64,000 bases of DNA from Mobula hypostoma (Eukaryota): the NCBI RefSeq assembly GCF_963921235.1, contig NC_086097.1, positions 207,454,001 to 207,518,000 of the forward strand, read 5' to 3'. Below the pieces are notes generated by a model. That model made no database searches. It saw only the letters and a list, made by a program, of their open reading frames with translations, and had not been told where the DNA came from. Shown one piece after another: positions 11,053 through 22,927 of this stretch; position 1 is the stretch's first letter; each line of letters starts with the position of its first letter. The position numbers and the translations under genes were made by a program.

Positions 11053-12566
11053 CATTGTAACACATTTAAACATTAGAGCCATTTATACTATATTAAGCAT
11101 AATAAATGCACAGCTTCAGGTACTGCTACAAAGTAGCAGGTCAAGTGAATGATTTTTTTCCAATTTGTACTGTAAATACTATTACAAAAGTTTGCATATT
11201 GGTTCAAATTATCTGTATTCCTTAAGCATCATTGCTCAAATTAAGGACAAATTCTATTCCATTAAATTGTTAAATATGATGTGCAAAAGTAATGAAATAC
11301 GAAAGGCTTAATAGCATGCTTGTACATTGACAAAACCAGTGTGACGACTGGGGATGTCAAGGAAACAATTCTTAACTAAGTGAGTATAGGCCACTCTTGT
11401 TCCCCCACCCCGCAGAGTAACAAGGTTATGGAATGTGCTGGCAGCTTCTTGTCTGCAAGAGAGAGCTGAAATGCTCCTTTGGAGTGGCACTGGCAAAGAA
11501 TGAAAGTGGATTTTCATATATTGCATTGCCACATGGAACAATGCTGAATGCTCAAGAATTTGAGGATCTTTTATGCTTTCATTTTCTCTGGACGGAATTC
11601 TTGTAGCAGTGTTTTCTGTTCTTTGTGTTACCAGCTTTTAACATGGCAGCAAACCTTGTAGGAAGTGTCTAGGTGAATTGCACCAACTTTCAAGAGTATG
11701 GGGTTGGAAACACACTTAATAACCAGAAGTTCTTTTTCCTTTGATCTTGCAAATGTTCCTTAAATTTTTATGTGTATCCCCAAAATTTGAGATATCACAC
11801 AAATTACTGACACTTCAAGTTATAAAAGAGAGCCTTTTCTTGGTAACCAAAATACAATTACCGAAAAGGTAGCTGTGGCTAATGCAACTTCTAACCCAGA
11901 CCCACAGACACATAACAACATCCAGTTACTTGTCACCCTCCCATATCATACTTCACATGCACGTCATTCAAATATACTTTGAAGTTGAAAATTATCACGT
12001 AAGTAAACCTACAAACTCTGCACTGTAACAAGTGAAACAGAGCAACTCATTAACAGGCTGTTATATTAACGAGGCAAAAAGAAAATAAATCAAAATGTTA
12101 ATGTTTAATTTATTCCAAGCCGTAACCTATACTTGCATACGCAACGCCGCCACGAAATAGCTGTTTACGAGAAATTCATTTCTGTTAAACACCACAGACT
12201 ACAACCGCAATCATTCAAGGTGACAAACTTTGACTGTTGTTGGAATAGGTAGAGTATCCGCTGAGAGGCTGAGTCATTCCTGGCTGTGGGACTACAGCGA
12301 TTACTTGTCCTTTCCAAGTGAGGAAGGCTCTGACACTTCGGGTCTCCATTTATTTAAAACGCCCACTGTAGGACCCGATTACCGCTGACGGCTCTGTACC
12401 CACAACAAAGCCAAGTCCGGAGGCTGAGCTGCCGGATCTCAGGTCCACTTTCTGAGCGGCGCTGCCCAAGCCCAGGCCCGACGCCCGGCTCCGCGGACTC
12501 CTGTCCCTGGGGTCGAGCTCGGATAAACCCTCAACACCCCGTGCCACACGGGAACAGGACACTCAC

Positions 12567-12588
12567 CTGAGCCGACGCGGCTGGACAT
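12567..12588 (-). CDS. Probable first coding exon of an unidentified host gene (MSSRVGS + 1 nt)
   Basis: Minus strand GGATCC-ATG TCC AGC CGC GTC GGC TCA G|GTGAGT: consensus donor at 12566, ~110 nt downstream of the CRE. No matching second exon found in the window. Confidence 0.55.
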
Positions 12589-12781
12589 GGATCCCCGGCA
12601 GCGCCGGCCAAGCCGACTCGGTTCAGATAGACTCCGCTGTTCCCAGTTTGTTTTTTTCTGTTTTTGTTTCGAGTCAACACCCCGACGAACGGCTATGACG
12701 TCACCGCGTCAGTCGCGCGGCATTGTGGGTGCTCTCGCGCACAGTCGCGAAACAGCAGGAATTCCTTTCGGGGTGGTTGCC

Positions 12782-12816
12782 CATTCATTCATTCATTCAT
12801 TCATTCATTCATTCAT
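12782..12816. repeat. (CATT)n microsatellite in the promoter
   Basis: About 8-9 perfect CATT units. Confidence 0.95.
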
Positions 12817-12954
12817 CAGTTCGCGGACCTGCTGCTGTCTGTCCACTTTCCTCGCCCCGCGACGTGTTCCGTGATGGCTCGATTCCGATAGCAAGGTTAG
12901 GGACGGGCTGTACGGTACTTTCGCAGCAAATTGAAGAAACTCAATGTCCCCTCT

Positions 12955-13700
12955 CACCCTTACCAGTTTTTGCAGAGGCACCATAGAAAGAATCCTATTC
13001 ACATAGTGTGGCAACTGCTGTGCCTGTGACCGCGAGAAACTGTATAGAGAATACAACTTGGCACATCATGAAAATCGGCCTTCCCTCCAGGAACTCTGTC
13101 GACACTTCTCACTGGCTCGGTAAAGCAGTCAGCAAGATCAAATATACCCCCCCAACTTGGACATTCTCTCTTCCCCCGCCCCCACCCCCTACCTCCCTCC
13201 CGCAAAGCAGATGAAACAAAAGCCTTCAACGACAGCTCTATCCCGCTGTTATAAGAATATTGAATGGACTCCTATTGTATTGTCATCATCCCGTGTTCTC
13301 AATATTAATTGCTTATTTATTTCTCTTACTAATTATTTTTTATTTTTGTATCTGCACAGTTTGTTTTTTGCACTCTGGTTATCCCCCAGTTGGTGCGGTT
13401 TTTAATGATTCAATTATGGATATCGTATGCCCACAAGAAAATTAATTTCAGGGTTGTATATGGTGACATATGTACTTTAATAATACTTTGAACTTTTGAA
13501 CTTTGAAGCTTGACCTCGCAATCTACCTCATCATGGCCTTACGCTATTGTCTGCATTCACTGTACTTTCCCTGTAACTGTACCACTATGTTATGCATTCT
13601 GTCACCTGGGCTTCACTTGAAAACCTGGACGTATTGATGTGGTAAAATAATCTGAATGGATGATATGCAAGACAAAGTTCGCTGTACCGCAAAGGTTTTC
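12955..13700 (+). mobile_element. Rex1/L2-type LINE 3' fragments
   Basis: GGCACCATAGAAAGAATCCT (GTIERIL) motif plus tail ACTTTGAACTTTTGAACTTTG. Confidence 0.6.
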
Positions 13701-14273
13701 CAACCAGGCACTGTTACATTTTGTAACTCCAAAACTACTGTAATTGAAAGGAAAATGTGTCTACTTTGTTTTTCTTTATAGAGGCACTCACATATGATGA
13801 GGTGGCGTAATGATGTACACCATTCACATACTTCTTACATTAACCCATAATGAATGAGGTAAATAAAGAATGCTTAATTAAACAATGTATTTACAATGCT
13901 ACTCAAATGTTACTGAAATATTACATAAACTACAATCCTCCCTACTTAGCCATGAATTCCAACACAATATAGCACGCATCTCAACTTAAATACATACCAT
14001 ATTGCTCTCTTGTCATTATATAATGTGTATAGTGTGTGTGTGTGTATATATATATATATTATACCCTGTATAATACAACTACTACATAGACATCAACAAC
14101 GTAGTAAGTTCTAAATTCTCCTATACAGACCTAAATATGTAATCACTGTAGAGGGTTTTATGCTCTTGTGGCATAACATCTTTACTGACGGGGGTGGGGG
14201 GGGTAAGTCACTCTACTTGCGAAGAGAGACTAGAGGCTGATGAGCAGTCTCAGGTTCAGAGACCCCCTCCATG

Positions 14274-15840
14274 GTGGATGGAGGAGTTGTATCTGCCTCT
14301 GCAGGAAGTGGATGGAGGAGTTGAGTCTGCCTCCACAGGAAGTGGATGGAGGAGTTGTCTCTGCCTCTGCAGGAAGTGGATGGAGGAGTTGTCTCTGCCT
14401 CTGCAGGAAGTGGATGGAGGAGTTGAGTCTGCCTCTGCAGGAAGTGGATGGAGGAGTTGTCTCTGCCTCTGCAGGAAGTGGATGGAGGAGTTGAGTCTGC
14501 CTCTGCAGGAAGTGGATGGAGGAGTTGGCTCTGCCTCTGCAGGAAGTGGATGGAGGAGTTGAGTCTGCCTCTACAGGAAGTGGATGGAGGAGTTGAGTCT
14601 GCCTCCGCAGGAAGTGGATGGAGGAGTTGTCTCTGCCTCCGCAGGAAGTGGATGGAGGAGTTGAGTCTGCCTCTGCAGGAAGTGGATGGAGGAGTTGGCT
14701 CTGCCTCTGCAGGAAGTGGATGGAGGAGTTGTCTCTGCCTCTGCAGGAAGTGGATGGAGGAGTTGAGTCTGCCTCTGCAGGAAGTGGATGGAGGAGTTGT
14801 CTCTGCCTCTGCAGGAAGTGGATGGAGGAGTTGGCTCTGCCTCTGCAGGAAGTGGATGGAGGAGTTGTCTCTGCCTCTGCAGGAAGTGGATGGAGGAGTT
14901 GAGTCTGCCTCTGCAGGAAGTGGATGGAGGAGTTGTCTCTGCCTCTGCAGGAAGTGGATGGAGGAGTTGAGTCTGCCTCCGCAGGAAGTGGATGGAGGAG
15001 TTGCCTCTGCCTCTGCAGGAAGTGGATGGAGGAGTTGCCTCTGCCTCTGCAGGAAGTGGATGGAGGAGTTGAGTCTGCCTCCACAGGAAGTGGATGGAGG
15101 AGTTGGCTCTGCCTCTGCAGGAAGTGGATGGAGGAGTTGAGTCTGCCTCCACAGGAAGTGGATGGAGGAGTTGTCTCTGCCTCTGCAGGAAGTGGATGGA
15201 GGAGTTGCCTCTGCCTCTGCAGGAAGTGGATGGAGGAGTTGTCTCTGCCTCTGCAGGAAGTGGATGGAGGAGTTGTCTCTGCCTCTGCAGGAAGTGGATG
15301 GAGGAGTTGAGTCTGCCTCCACAGGAAGTGGATGGAGGAGTTGGCTCTGCCTCTGCAGGAAGTGGATGGAGGAGTTGAGTCTGCCTCCACAGGAAGTGGA
15401 TGGAGGAGTTGTCTCTGCCTCTGCAGGAAGTGGATGGAGGAGTTGCCTCTGCCTCTGCAGGAAGTGGATGGAGGAGTTGTCTCTGCCTCTGCAGGAAGTG
15501 GATGGAGGAGTTGTCTCTGCCACTGCAGGAAGTGGATGGAGGAGTTGTCTCTGCCTCTGCAGGAAGTGGATGGAGGAGTTGGCTCTGCCTCTGCAGGAAG
15601 TGGATGGAGGAGTTGTCTCTGCCTCTACAGGAAGTGGATGGAGGAGTTGAGTCTGCCTCTACAGGAATGGATGGAGGAGTTGAGTCTGCCTCTGCAGGAA
15701 GTGGATGGAGGAGTTGAGTCTGCCTCTGCAGGAAGTGGATGGAGGAGTTGTCTCTGCCTCTGCAGGAAGTGGATGGAGGAGTTGTCTCTGCCTCTGCAGG
15801 AAGTGGATGGAGGAGTTGTCTCTGCCTCTGCAGGAAGTGG
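14274..15840. repeat. 34-bp minisatellite, ~46 copies
   Basis: Unit GTGGATGGAGGAGTTG(TC/AG/GC/CC)TCTGCCTC(T/C)(G/A)CAGGAA, head-to-tail with no spacers; one 33-bp unit near 15665. Confidence 0.97.
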
Positions 15841-16344
15841 TTCTGAAAGTTCAGGACTCCCTTCTCTGACAACCGACTGCTCCTCTCAACTGATTGATGT
15901 GTTGATTCCAGATGATATCTGATGCAATCTCCAGTTCTGTCCTTAATCTTTCCAAGTCCCACTGTATCCCTCGCCAGGACGCTTGTGTTCTGCTGACATT
16001 GCTCGCAGCGTGTTCTTTAGATGCTGGGCAAACTTTTTCACCAAGCCATTTGAAGCTGGTTGGTACAGTGCAGATATAATATGTCTTATTCCATTCACTT
16101 TCAGGAATGACTGGAACTGTTTCGCAACAAACTGTGGTCCATTGTAACTGACTAAGTGTTCTGGAACACGGGTCCCTGAGAAAAGGCTTCTCAGCACATC
16201 AACAGTATGCAAGGCTATTGGGAACACTTCTAGCAACGTTGTAGCTGCATCCACTACTGCCAAGAAATTTGTGCCCAGGAGCGATCTGGCAAAATCTACA
16301 TGAATCCTCTGCCAGGGCAATGCAGGCCATTCCCAAGGATGGAG

Positions 16345-17935
16345 AGGTGCTGCTCTTTATTGCACAACACCCAGTCCAGAATAACTGTTCGTCCAGTGGG
16401 CTCAACCATGAGCCGCTCTAAAAGGCCATCTTGTAGGCACTCTGGAAATTCTGCCTGCTGTAATCCAGCACCAGTCTGATTTTCCCAATCTACCTCTATA
16501 TTGAAGTCCTCCATGACGTGCCCTTTTGGTGTGCATTTTCTATCTCCCATTGTAATTTGTAGGGAATATCCTGCTGTTTGGGGGTCTGTACATCAGTGTC
16601 TTTTTACCCTTGCAGTTCTTCAGCTCTGTCCACAATGATTCAATACCTTCCGACTCTTATGTCACCTCTTTCGAATGATTTGATTTCATCTTTTACCAAC
16701 AGAGCAACGCCACCCCCTCTGCCTTCCTGCATATGTTTTCAATACAATGTGTATCCTTGGACATTAAGCTCCCAGCCATAATCTTTCAGCCATGATTCAG
16801 TGAAGCCTACAACATCATATCTGCCAATCTGCAACTGTACATCAAGTTCATCTATCTCATTCTGTTTCCTGCGTGCATTCAGATACCACACCTTCAGTCC
16901 TATATTCAGCCTTTTTGATTTTGTCGCACCATGCTCAACCTTTTGTTTCCTAACTTTGTCTGAGGTCTTACCAACATCTGCCTCCACAACCTCTCCACTA
17001 ACTGTTCTGGCATTCTGCTTCCCATCTCCCGCAACTCTAGTTTAAACACCACCGTGCAGCATTAACAAACCTTCCCACAAGGTTATTAGATCCCCTCCAG
17101 TTCAGGTGCAAACCATCCCTTCTGTACAGGTCCAGTGATCCAAATATATTTTGCCCTCCTTGGCCTGTATAATCTTCCTAGTTCTGGCCTCATTAGCATG
17201 TGGCAATCCTGAGAGATGCTGCCCTTTAAATTTGTACCTAATTTCTTGAGCTCCCTTTGCAGAACCTTGTCACTCATCCTACCTATGTCTTAGGCACCTA
17301 CATCAACTACAATTTCTGGCTGTTCACCCTCCACTAAAGAACGCTGAGGATTTGATCCGAGAAATCTCAAATCCTGGCACCCGGGAGGCAATGTACCATC
17401 CGAGAATCTTGTTCTTATCCATTCCTCTAACTAACAAGTCCCCTATCACCATAGCATGCCTCTTCTTTCTTCTTCCCACCAGAGTCACAGAGGCAGACTC
17501 AGTGCCAGAGACTCGACCACTGTGACTTTCCTCTGTTAGATCATTCCCCCTCGTCAGTATGCAAAATGATATACCTGTTGTTGAGCGGGTTGGCCCAGAG
17601 GTACTCTGCCCTGGCTCCTGAACCCCTTTCCCCTTCCTGACCGTCACGCGGTTTCCTGTATCCTGCGCCTTGGCTGTCACTACCTCTCTATATGTCCTAT
17701 CTCTCACCCCTTCAGCCTCCCAAATGATCCGGAGTTCTGGCAGTTCCAGCTCCATCTCCTTACCACGATTTGTTAGAAGCTGCAGCTGGATGCACTTCTC
17801 GCAGTTGTAGTGGTCAGAGTTACTAGAAGTCTCCCTGCGTTCACACATCCCGCAAGAGGAGCATTGCACGATCCTGCCTGTCATCTCTACCCAGCTGGGC
17901 AGATATAAAGAAGAGAAGGAAAAAAGCTTGAGCTT
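16345..17935 (-). mobile_element. CR1 5' portion (ORF1 + endonuclease remnant) inserted in the Gypsy pol
   Basis: VQCSSCGMCE...CEKCIQLQLL zinc finger, AMVIGDLLVRG esterase motif, YLNARR...YDVVGFTESWL and MEDFN APE motifs. Confidence 0.88.
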
Positions 17936-18104
17936 TGGTTTGCTGTATTAGTAACTGACAAATCCTAAAAAGGACTGCAATTGTAACATGTCCTTCACTG
18001 CTTGACTCAGCATACTTGTGTAATCTTGTGCATCAAAGGTGTGATCACAGTAAGTAATGTCCAGTTTAAAGAATTCACATTTGTCACATGGTGCTCTGAT
18101 CCCA

Positions 18105-18555
18105 AAGGTCGAGGTATATTTATTATCTCGGTACATACAACCTCGAGATTTGTCTCCTTACAGGCAACCACAAAACAATGAAATCCAAAAGAACCCATTA
18201 AAAAAAGACAATCAAAAACTCAATATGCAGAAAAAAAAACAAATCATGAAAACAATAAAAGTAAGCAAATAGCATTCAGAACTGAATTTGACAAAATTGA
18301 ATCCATGGCCATGAATCCAGCAGCTGATTTATGTCTGTTAGTTGCAAGCCACAACCTCAGCTCAATGCAGCGACAAGAAAACCTCACTGAGCAGTGAGCT
18401 GAACTGATCCATCCTTGCCTCTGGCCCGACACCCTGACCTTTTCAATCTGGCCTGGTGCTTAAATTCTCCAAACCTCAGGTTGTTCCTCACTCTCAGACC
18501 TGGGCACTACCGCTTCAATACACACTCGGGCCCTGGCCTGAATTTTCCAATTCCC
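18105..18555 (-). mobile_element. Unclassified non-LTR 3'-tailed insertion
   Basis: Starts with an ATTTATTATC (minus-strand AATAAA) tail and interrupts the Gypsy RT remnant. Confidence 0.45.
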
Positions 18556-18924
18556 ATAATCTTCTCATCTTTTTAGCAATGTCTTGAGATCTTAAAGATA
18601 TTCCTAGTCATCCTCACCAGTAACAATGATGTCATTCATGTAACAATGAGTGTCTGGGCACCTGGTACATAGCCAGAGTACTGGTGCAGATGCTACTCCA
18701 AAAATAAGCCCATTATTGTGATAAAGCCCTTTGTGAATGTTTATGGTGAGAAACACTGTCGACTCTTCTTCCATCTCCATCTGTAGGTAGATCTCAGCTA
18801 AACTTTGCAAAAAGTGTTTTCCTCCAGAAAGAATTGCAAAGATATGCACTATCCTGGGTAGAGGTTATTGATCTATTTTCAATACTGTTTTTTTGGTGAC
18901 ATTAAAATCACCACAGATCCCAAA

Positions 18925-19550
18925 TATGAGAAAATCTGCAGATGCTGGAAATCAAAGCAACACACACAAAATGCTGGAGGAACTCAGCAGGTCAGGCAGC
19001 ATCTATGGAAAAGAGTAAACAGTCAATGTTTTGGGCCGAGACTCTTGATCAGTACAAGTGTCTTGGAAACGAAGATGGGGCTGCCCTTCTGCTCTCTTGC
19101 CGGAGGCCAGTTCCCCGTACAGCAGGTCTTTCGGGACCGTCCCATCTGACATGTAGTGTACGTGGCCCAGCGAGGTTGAGGTGCAGGCACTTATCCTTGC
19201 AAGTGGAACAAATGCTACACCTACCCCTACACCTCCTCCTTTACTACCATTTAGGGCCCCAAACAGTACTTCCAAGTGAAGCAACACTTCACCTGTGCAT
19301 CTGTTAGGGTCATATACTATGTCTGGTCTCCTGTGTATCGGTGAGACCTGACGTAGATTGGGAGACTGTTTTGCCAAGCACCTACTCTCTGTCTCCAACT
19401 CTCTGTCCACCAGAAGAAGCAGGATCTCCCAGTAGTCACCCATTTTATTTCCACTTCCCAGTCCATTCTGATATGACAATCCATAGTCTCCTCTACTTTT
19501 GCGACGAGGCTACACTCAGGTTGGAGAAACAACACCTTATATTCCTTCAA
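18925..19550 (+). mobile_element. Penelope element: inverted terminal copy + GIY-YIG remnant
   Basis: 18925-19050 matches 335-450; ~19185-19545 matches the GIY-YIG region 625-1050. Confidence 0.85.
19050..19182 (-). mobile_element. RTE-clade LINE C-terminal fragment
   Basis: LGHVHYMSDGTVPKDLLYGELASGKRAEGQPHLRFQDTC resembles the RTE/BovB ORF C-terminus. Confidence 0.8.
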
Positions 19551-19554
19551 TATG

Positions 19555-20878
19555 CAGGTAGATTGGAAAAATAAGGTTGGTGTGGGATTCCAAAAGCAGG
19601 AATTTCTCAAATGCCTATGAGATGGCTTTTTTAGAGCAGCTCATGGTTAAGCCCACTAGGGAATCAGCTATTCTGGATTGGGAGTTACGCAATGAACCAG
19701 AATCGATTAGAGAGTTTAGCTAATGAACCCTTAGAGGAAAGTGATCATAATATGAACAAATTCACCCTGAAATTAAAGTAAGAGAAGTGAAAGTCAGATG
19801 TACCAGAAAGGAAAATACAGACGCATAAGAGAGGAGTTGAACAGAGTTGATTGGAAAAGAACACTGGCATGGATGATGGCAGAGCAGCAATGCCTGGAAT
19901 TTCTGGAAGCAGTTCTGAAGCCATAGGATAGATATATAGATCCCAAAGAGGAAGAGGTGTTCTAAAGGCAAGATGACACAACGATAGCTGACAAGGGAAG
20001 TCTAAGCCAACATAAAAGTCAAAGAGAGGGCATATAGTAGAGCAAAAATTGATGGGAAGTTAGGGGATTGGGAAACTTTTAAGTACCAAAATAAGGCAAC
20101 TTAAAAAGTCATTAAGAAGGTAAAATTGGAATTTGAAAGTAAGCTAGCCAATAATATTAAAGAGGATACCAAAAGTCTGTTCAGATACTTGAAGTATGAA
20201 AGAGTGGATATCGGACCACTGGAAAGTGATGCTGGAGTGGTAGTAATGGGGGAGCAAGGAAATGGCTGATGAACTGCATCAGTCTTCATTATGGAAAACA
20301 GTAGCCGTATGGGTGAAGTTCCATATGTCAGGGGTCATGAAGTGTCTGAAGTTACTATTACTAGAGAAAAGGTTCTTGGGAAACAGAACAGTCTGAAGAT
20401 GACATACACACTAGGGTTTTGAAAGAAGTGGCTGAAGAAATCATGGAGGCAGTGGTAATGGACTTTCAAAAATCACTAGATTCTGGAATGGTTCTGGAAA
20501 ACTGGAAAATTGCAAATGTCATTCCACTCTTCAAGAAGGGAGAGAGGCAGGAGAATGGAAATTATATGCCAGTTAGTCTGAACTCAATGGTTGAGATGAT
20601 GTTGGAGTCGATTGTCAAAGGTGTGGTTTTGGGGTACTTGGGGGTACATGAAAAAAAGGCCGTAGTCTGCATGGTTTCATCGAGGGAAAATCTTGCCTGA
20701 AAATCTGTTGGAATTCATTGGAGAAGTAACAAAGGACAATAAATTGATGTTGTGTACTGGGATTTTCAGAAGGCCCTTGACAAGGTGACGCATGAGACTG
20801 CTTCACAAGCTATGAACCCATGGTATTACAGGTACGATTCTAGCATGGATAAAGCAGTATCTGATCAGCAGGAGGCAA
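19555..20878 (+). mobile_element. CR1 ORF2 fragment
   Basis: KEVAEEIMEAVVMDFQKSLDSGMVLENWKIANVIPLFKKG and YWDFQKALDKV. Confidence 0.88.
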
Positions 20879-22927
20879 AGAATGCAGGACTGAAGGTGTT
20901 GTATTTAGATGAGCATACCATTTGGAATAAGGTGGACAAACTCATGGCGCAATTAGAGATTGGTCGATATGACGTCGTGGGCATCACTGAGTCATGGCTG
21001 AAAGAAGGCCACAGCTGGGAGATTAACATCAAAGGACAGGCAAGAAGGCATAGGCGGTAATGTGGCCCTGTTGGTAAGAGATAGAATTTCATCTTTAGAA
21101 AGAGGTGACATAGGGTCAGAGAGTGTTGAATCTTTGTTGGTGGAGTTAAGAAATTGCAAGGGTAAAAACCATTATGGGAATCATATATTGGTCTCCAAAT
21201 AGTAGTGAAGATGTGGGGTTGAGATTGCAAAGGAAGCTGGAAAAGGCATGTAATAAGGGTAATTACACAATTGTAATGGGGGACTTCAATATGCAAGGGG
21301 ATTGGGAAAATCAGGTTGATGTTGGATCGCAAGAGAGAGAATTTGTTGAAAGCCTATGAGGACTTTTTAGAGCAGCTTGTGCTTGAGCGTACTCAGTGAA
21401 AGGCTATCTTAGATTGGATGTTGTGTAATAACCCAGATCTTGTTAGGGAGCTTAACGTAAATGAACCATTAGGAGGCAGTTATCATAATATGATTGAATT
21501 CATACTGCAATTTGAGAGGGAGAAGCATAAGTCAGATTTATCAGTATCGCAATGGAATACAAAGGAATTGCAGAGGCATGAGAGAGGAGCTTGCCCAGGT
21601 GGGTTGCAGAGGGATACTGGTGGGGTTGACAGCAGAACAGAGATGGCTGAACTTTTTTGAAGTAGTTCATGTTACGTACCCTGTAACTGGGTTGCCAAAC
21701 CAGCAGAAATGGACCACTTAGTTGGAGTCTGGATTACTGGAACTAAGAAAGTTTTATTAAAGAAATAAGCAACACAGTACTCTAATCAAAAGGATATAAA
21801 TGCAACAGTTTATCAATGATAAAACACACATGTACTCAGATCTAGGATAATAGGATCAATCAAGCTCTATCGCAGTCTAGGGGTAAATGATCAGTTTCAA
21901 GTGATGCAAAGTTCAGTTCAATTTAGTTCAGTTCAGTTCGCAGTAATCGCTGTTGTGCCGTTGGGGCGAGGAGAAGAGAGAGAGCGAAAGCGAATGAATA
22001 TTCAAAACGGATTCCAAACAGACCTTCGATATTCCTCGCAGTTAGCTTTCGGGCGAGCCCTTTGTAATGTCTTCTGAGGTCACCGACTGTGACCCCTCCG
22101 TTCCAGATACGATCGTTCTTCTGCGGTGAACCCGGCACCCAGGCAAGGGCAGACTCACACACCGGGTTCCCGCCCGACCGTACCTTTCTACCCTGTGCGT
22201 CTACGGCTGGTCCCACGATCTGACCTCCAAAACTCCCACCAACTTGTGGGGCACACCGCTTCCAGGGTCTCGTTACCTCGTGGTGTTGTGTGTCTGTTGC
22301 CTTAGCAAACCTGTCCCTTTTTATCCCCCTGCTGGGGTATCGCCTGTCCATCAAACTTCAAACAGTTCCTGGTTCAAAGCCACCGGTCTCTGACAAAACT
22401 CGGAACTGTGTCTCCTTTTCGTTAATCCCTCTCATCTCTCATTAACATTTCTGAATGTTCTCCCATTGTCCTCTTATCTGCATCAATCTTCTGATAATTT
22501 GGTCTGTCGTCACACCCCTATCCTTCAAAGGATTTTTACCAGCGTAAAAATATAGTCATGAATACACTATCAGATACACACAAATATACATGTTTATTAG
22601 CTATTTGGCTAATACAGAGACTTTTAAGTTGTCAACACCTGACAGACAGTCAGCAATCACATTTTCTGTTCCTTTTATATGTGTTATTTTAATAATCCTC
22701 TAAAACCAGGCTCCAACTTAGCAAACTTCATAGTGGCCGAAAACACTAAAGAATTGTGATCAGTGTAACTTCTCAGTGGTTTTCTCCCCAGACACAGATA
22801 ACAAGGCCGTCCCATACCAACTTAGCATTCTTTGGCAAGGGCTTAGTAAGAGGGTGGGAGCTATCCGCAAAGTTGTTTTTCTTTCTGCAAAACTTCCGAT
22901 AGTACCCCACCATCTCCATGAACCTTC

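Larger units (their letters stand above)
12290..12930. promoter_or_regulatory. CpG island promoter, possibly bidirectional
   Basis: Clearly CpG-dense, non-TE segment; palindromic CRE TGACGTCA at 12696-12703; TCTCGCGCA and TCGCGA motifs at 12733-12750; splice donors face outward on both strands. Confidence 0.8.
13712..18920 (-). mobile_element. Decayed Gypsy LTR retrotransposon (3' LTR 13712-13934, integrase and RT remnants)
   Basis: TG...CA LTR homologous to 52392-52629; adjacent PPT (minus strand AGGGAGGA); integrase PWQRIHVDFA...LVSYNGPQF...PASNGL (15943-16320); RT remnants LTINIHKGLY...FGVASAP...CYMNDIIVTG (18604-18849) and QLQSFLGFVSY. Confidence 0.88.

Noticed and set aside
10270..11541. 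ORFs 10270-10500 and 11308-11541 as exons of the minus-strand gene
   Set aside because: Nearby acceptors give stops in the phase required by exon 1, and no protein similarity is recognisable
14274..15840. CRISPR array (34-bp repeats)
   Set aside because: Units are contiguous with no unique spacers, there are no cas genes, and the context is eukaryotic
14213..15962. 386-463 aa repetitive proteins
   Set aside because: All three frames are open only because the 34-bp unit lacks minus-strand stops; no independent coding evidence
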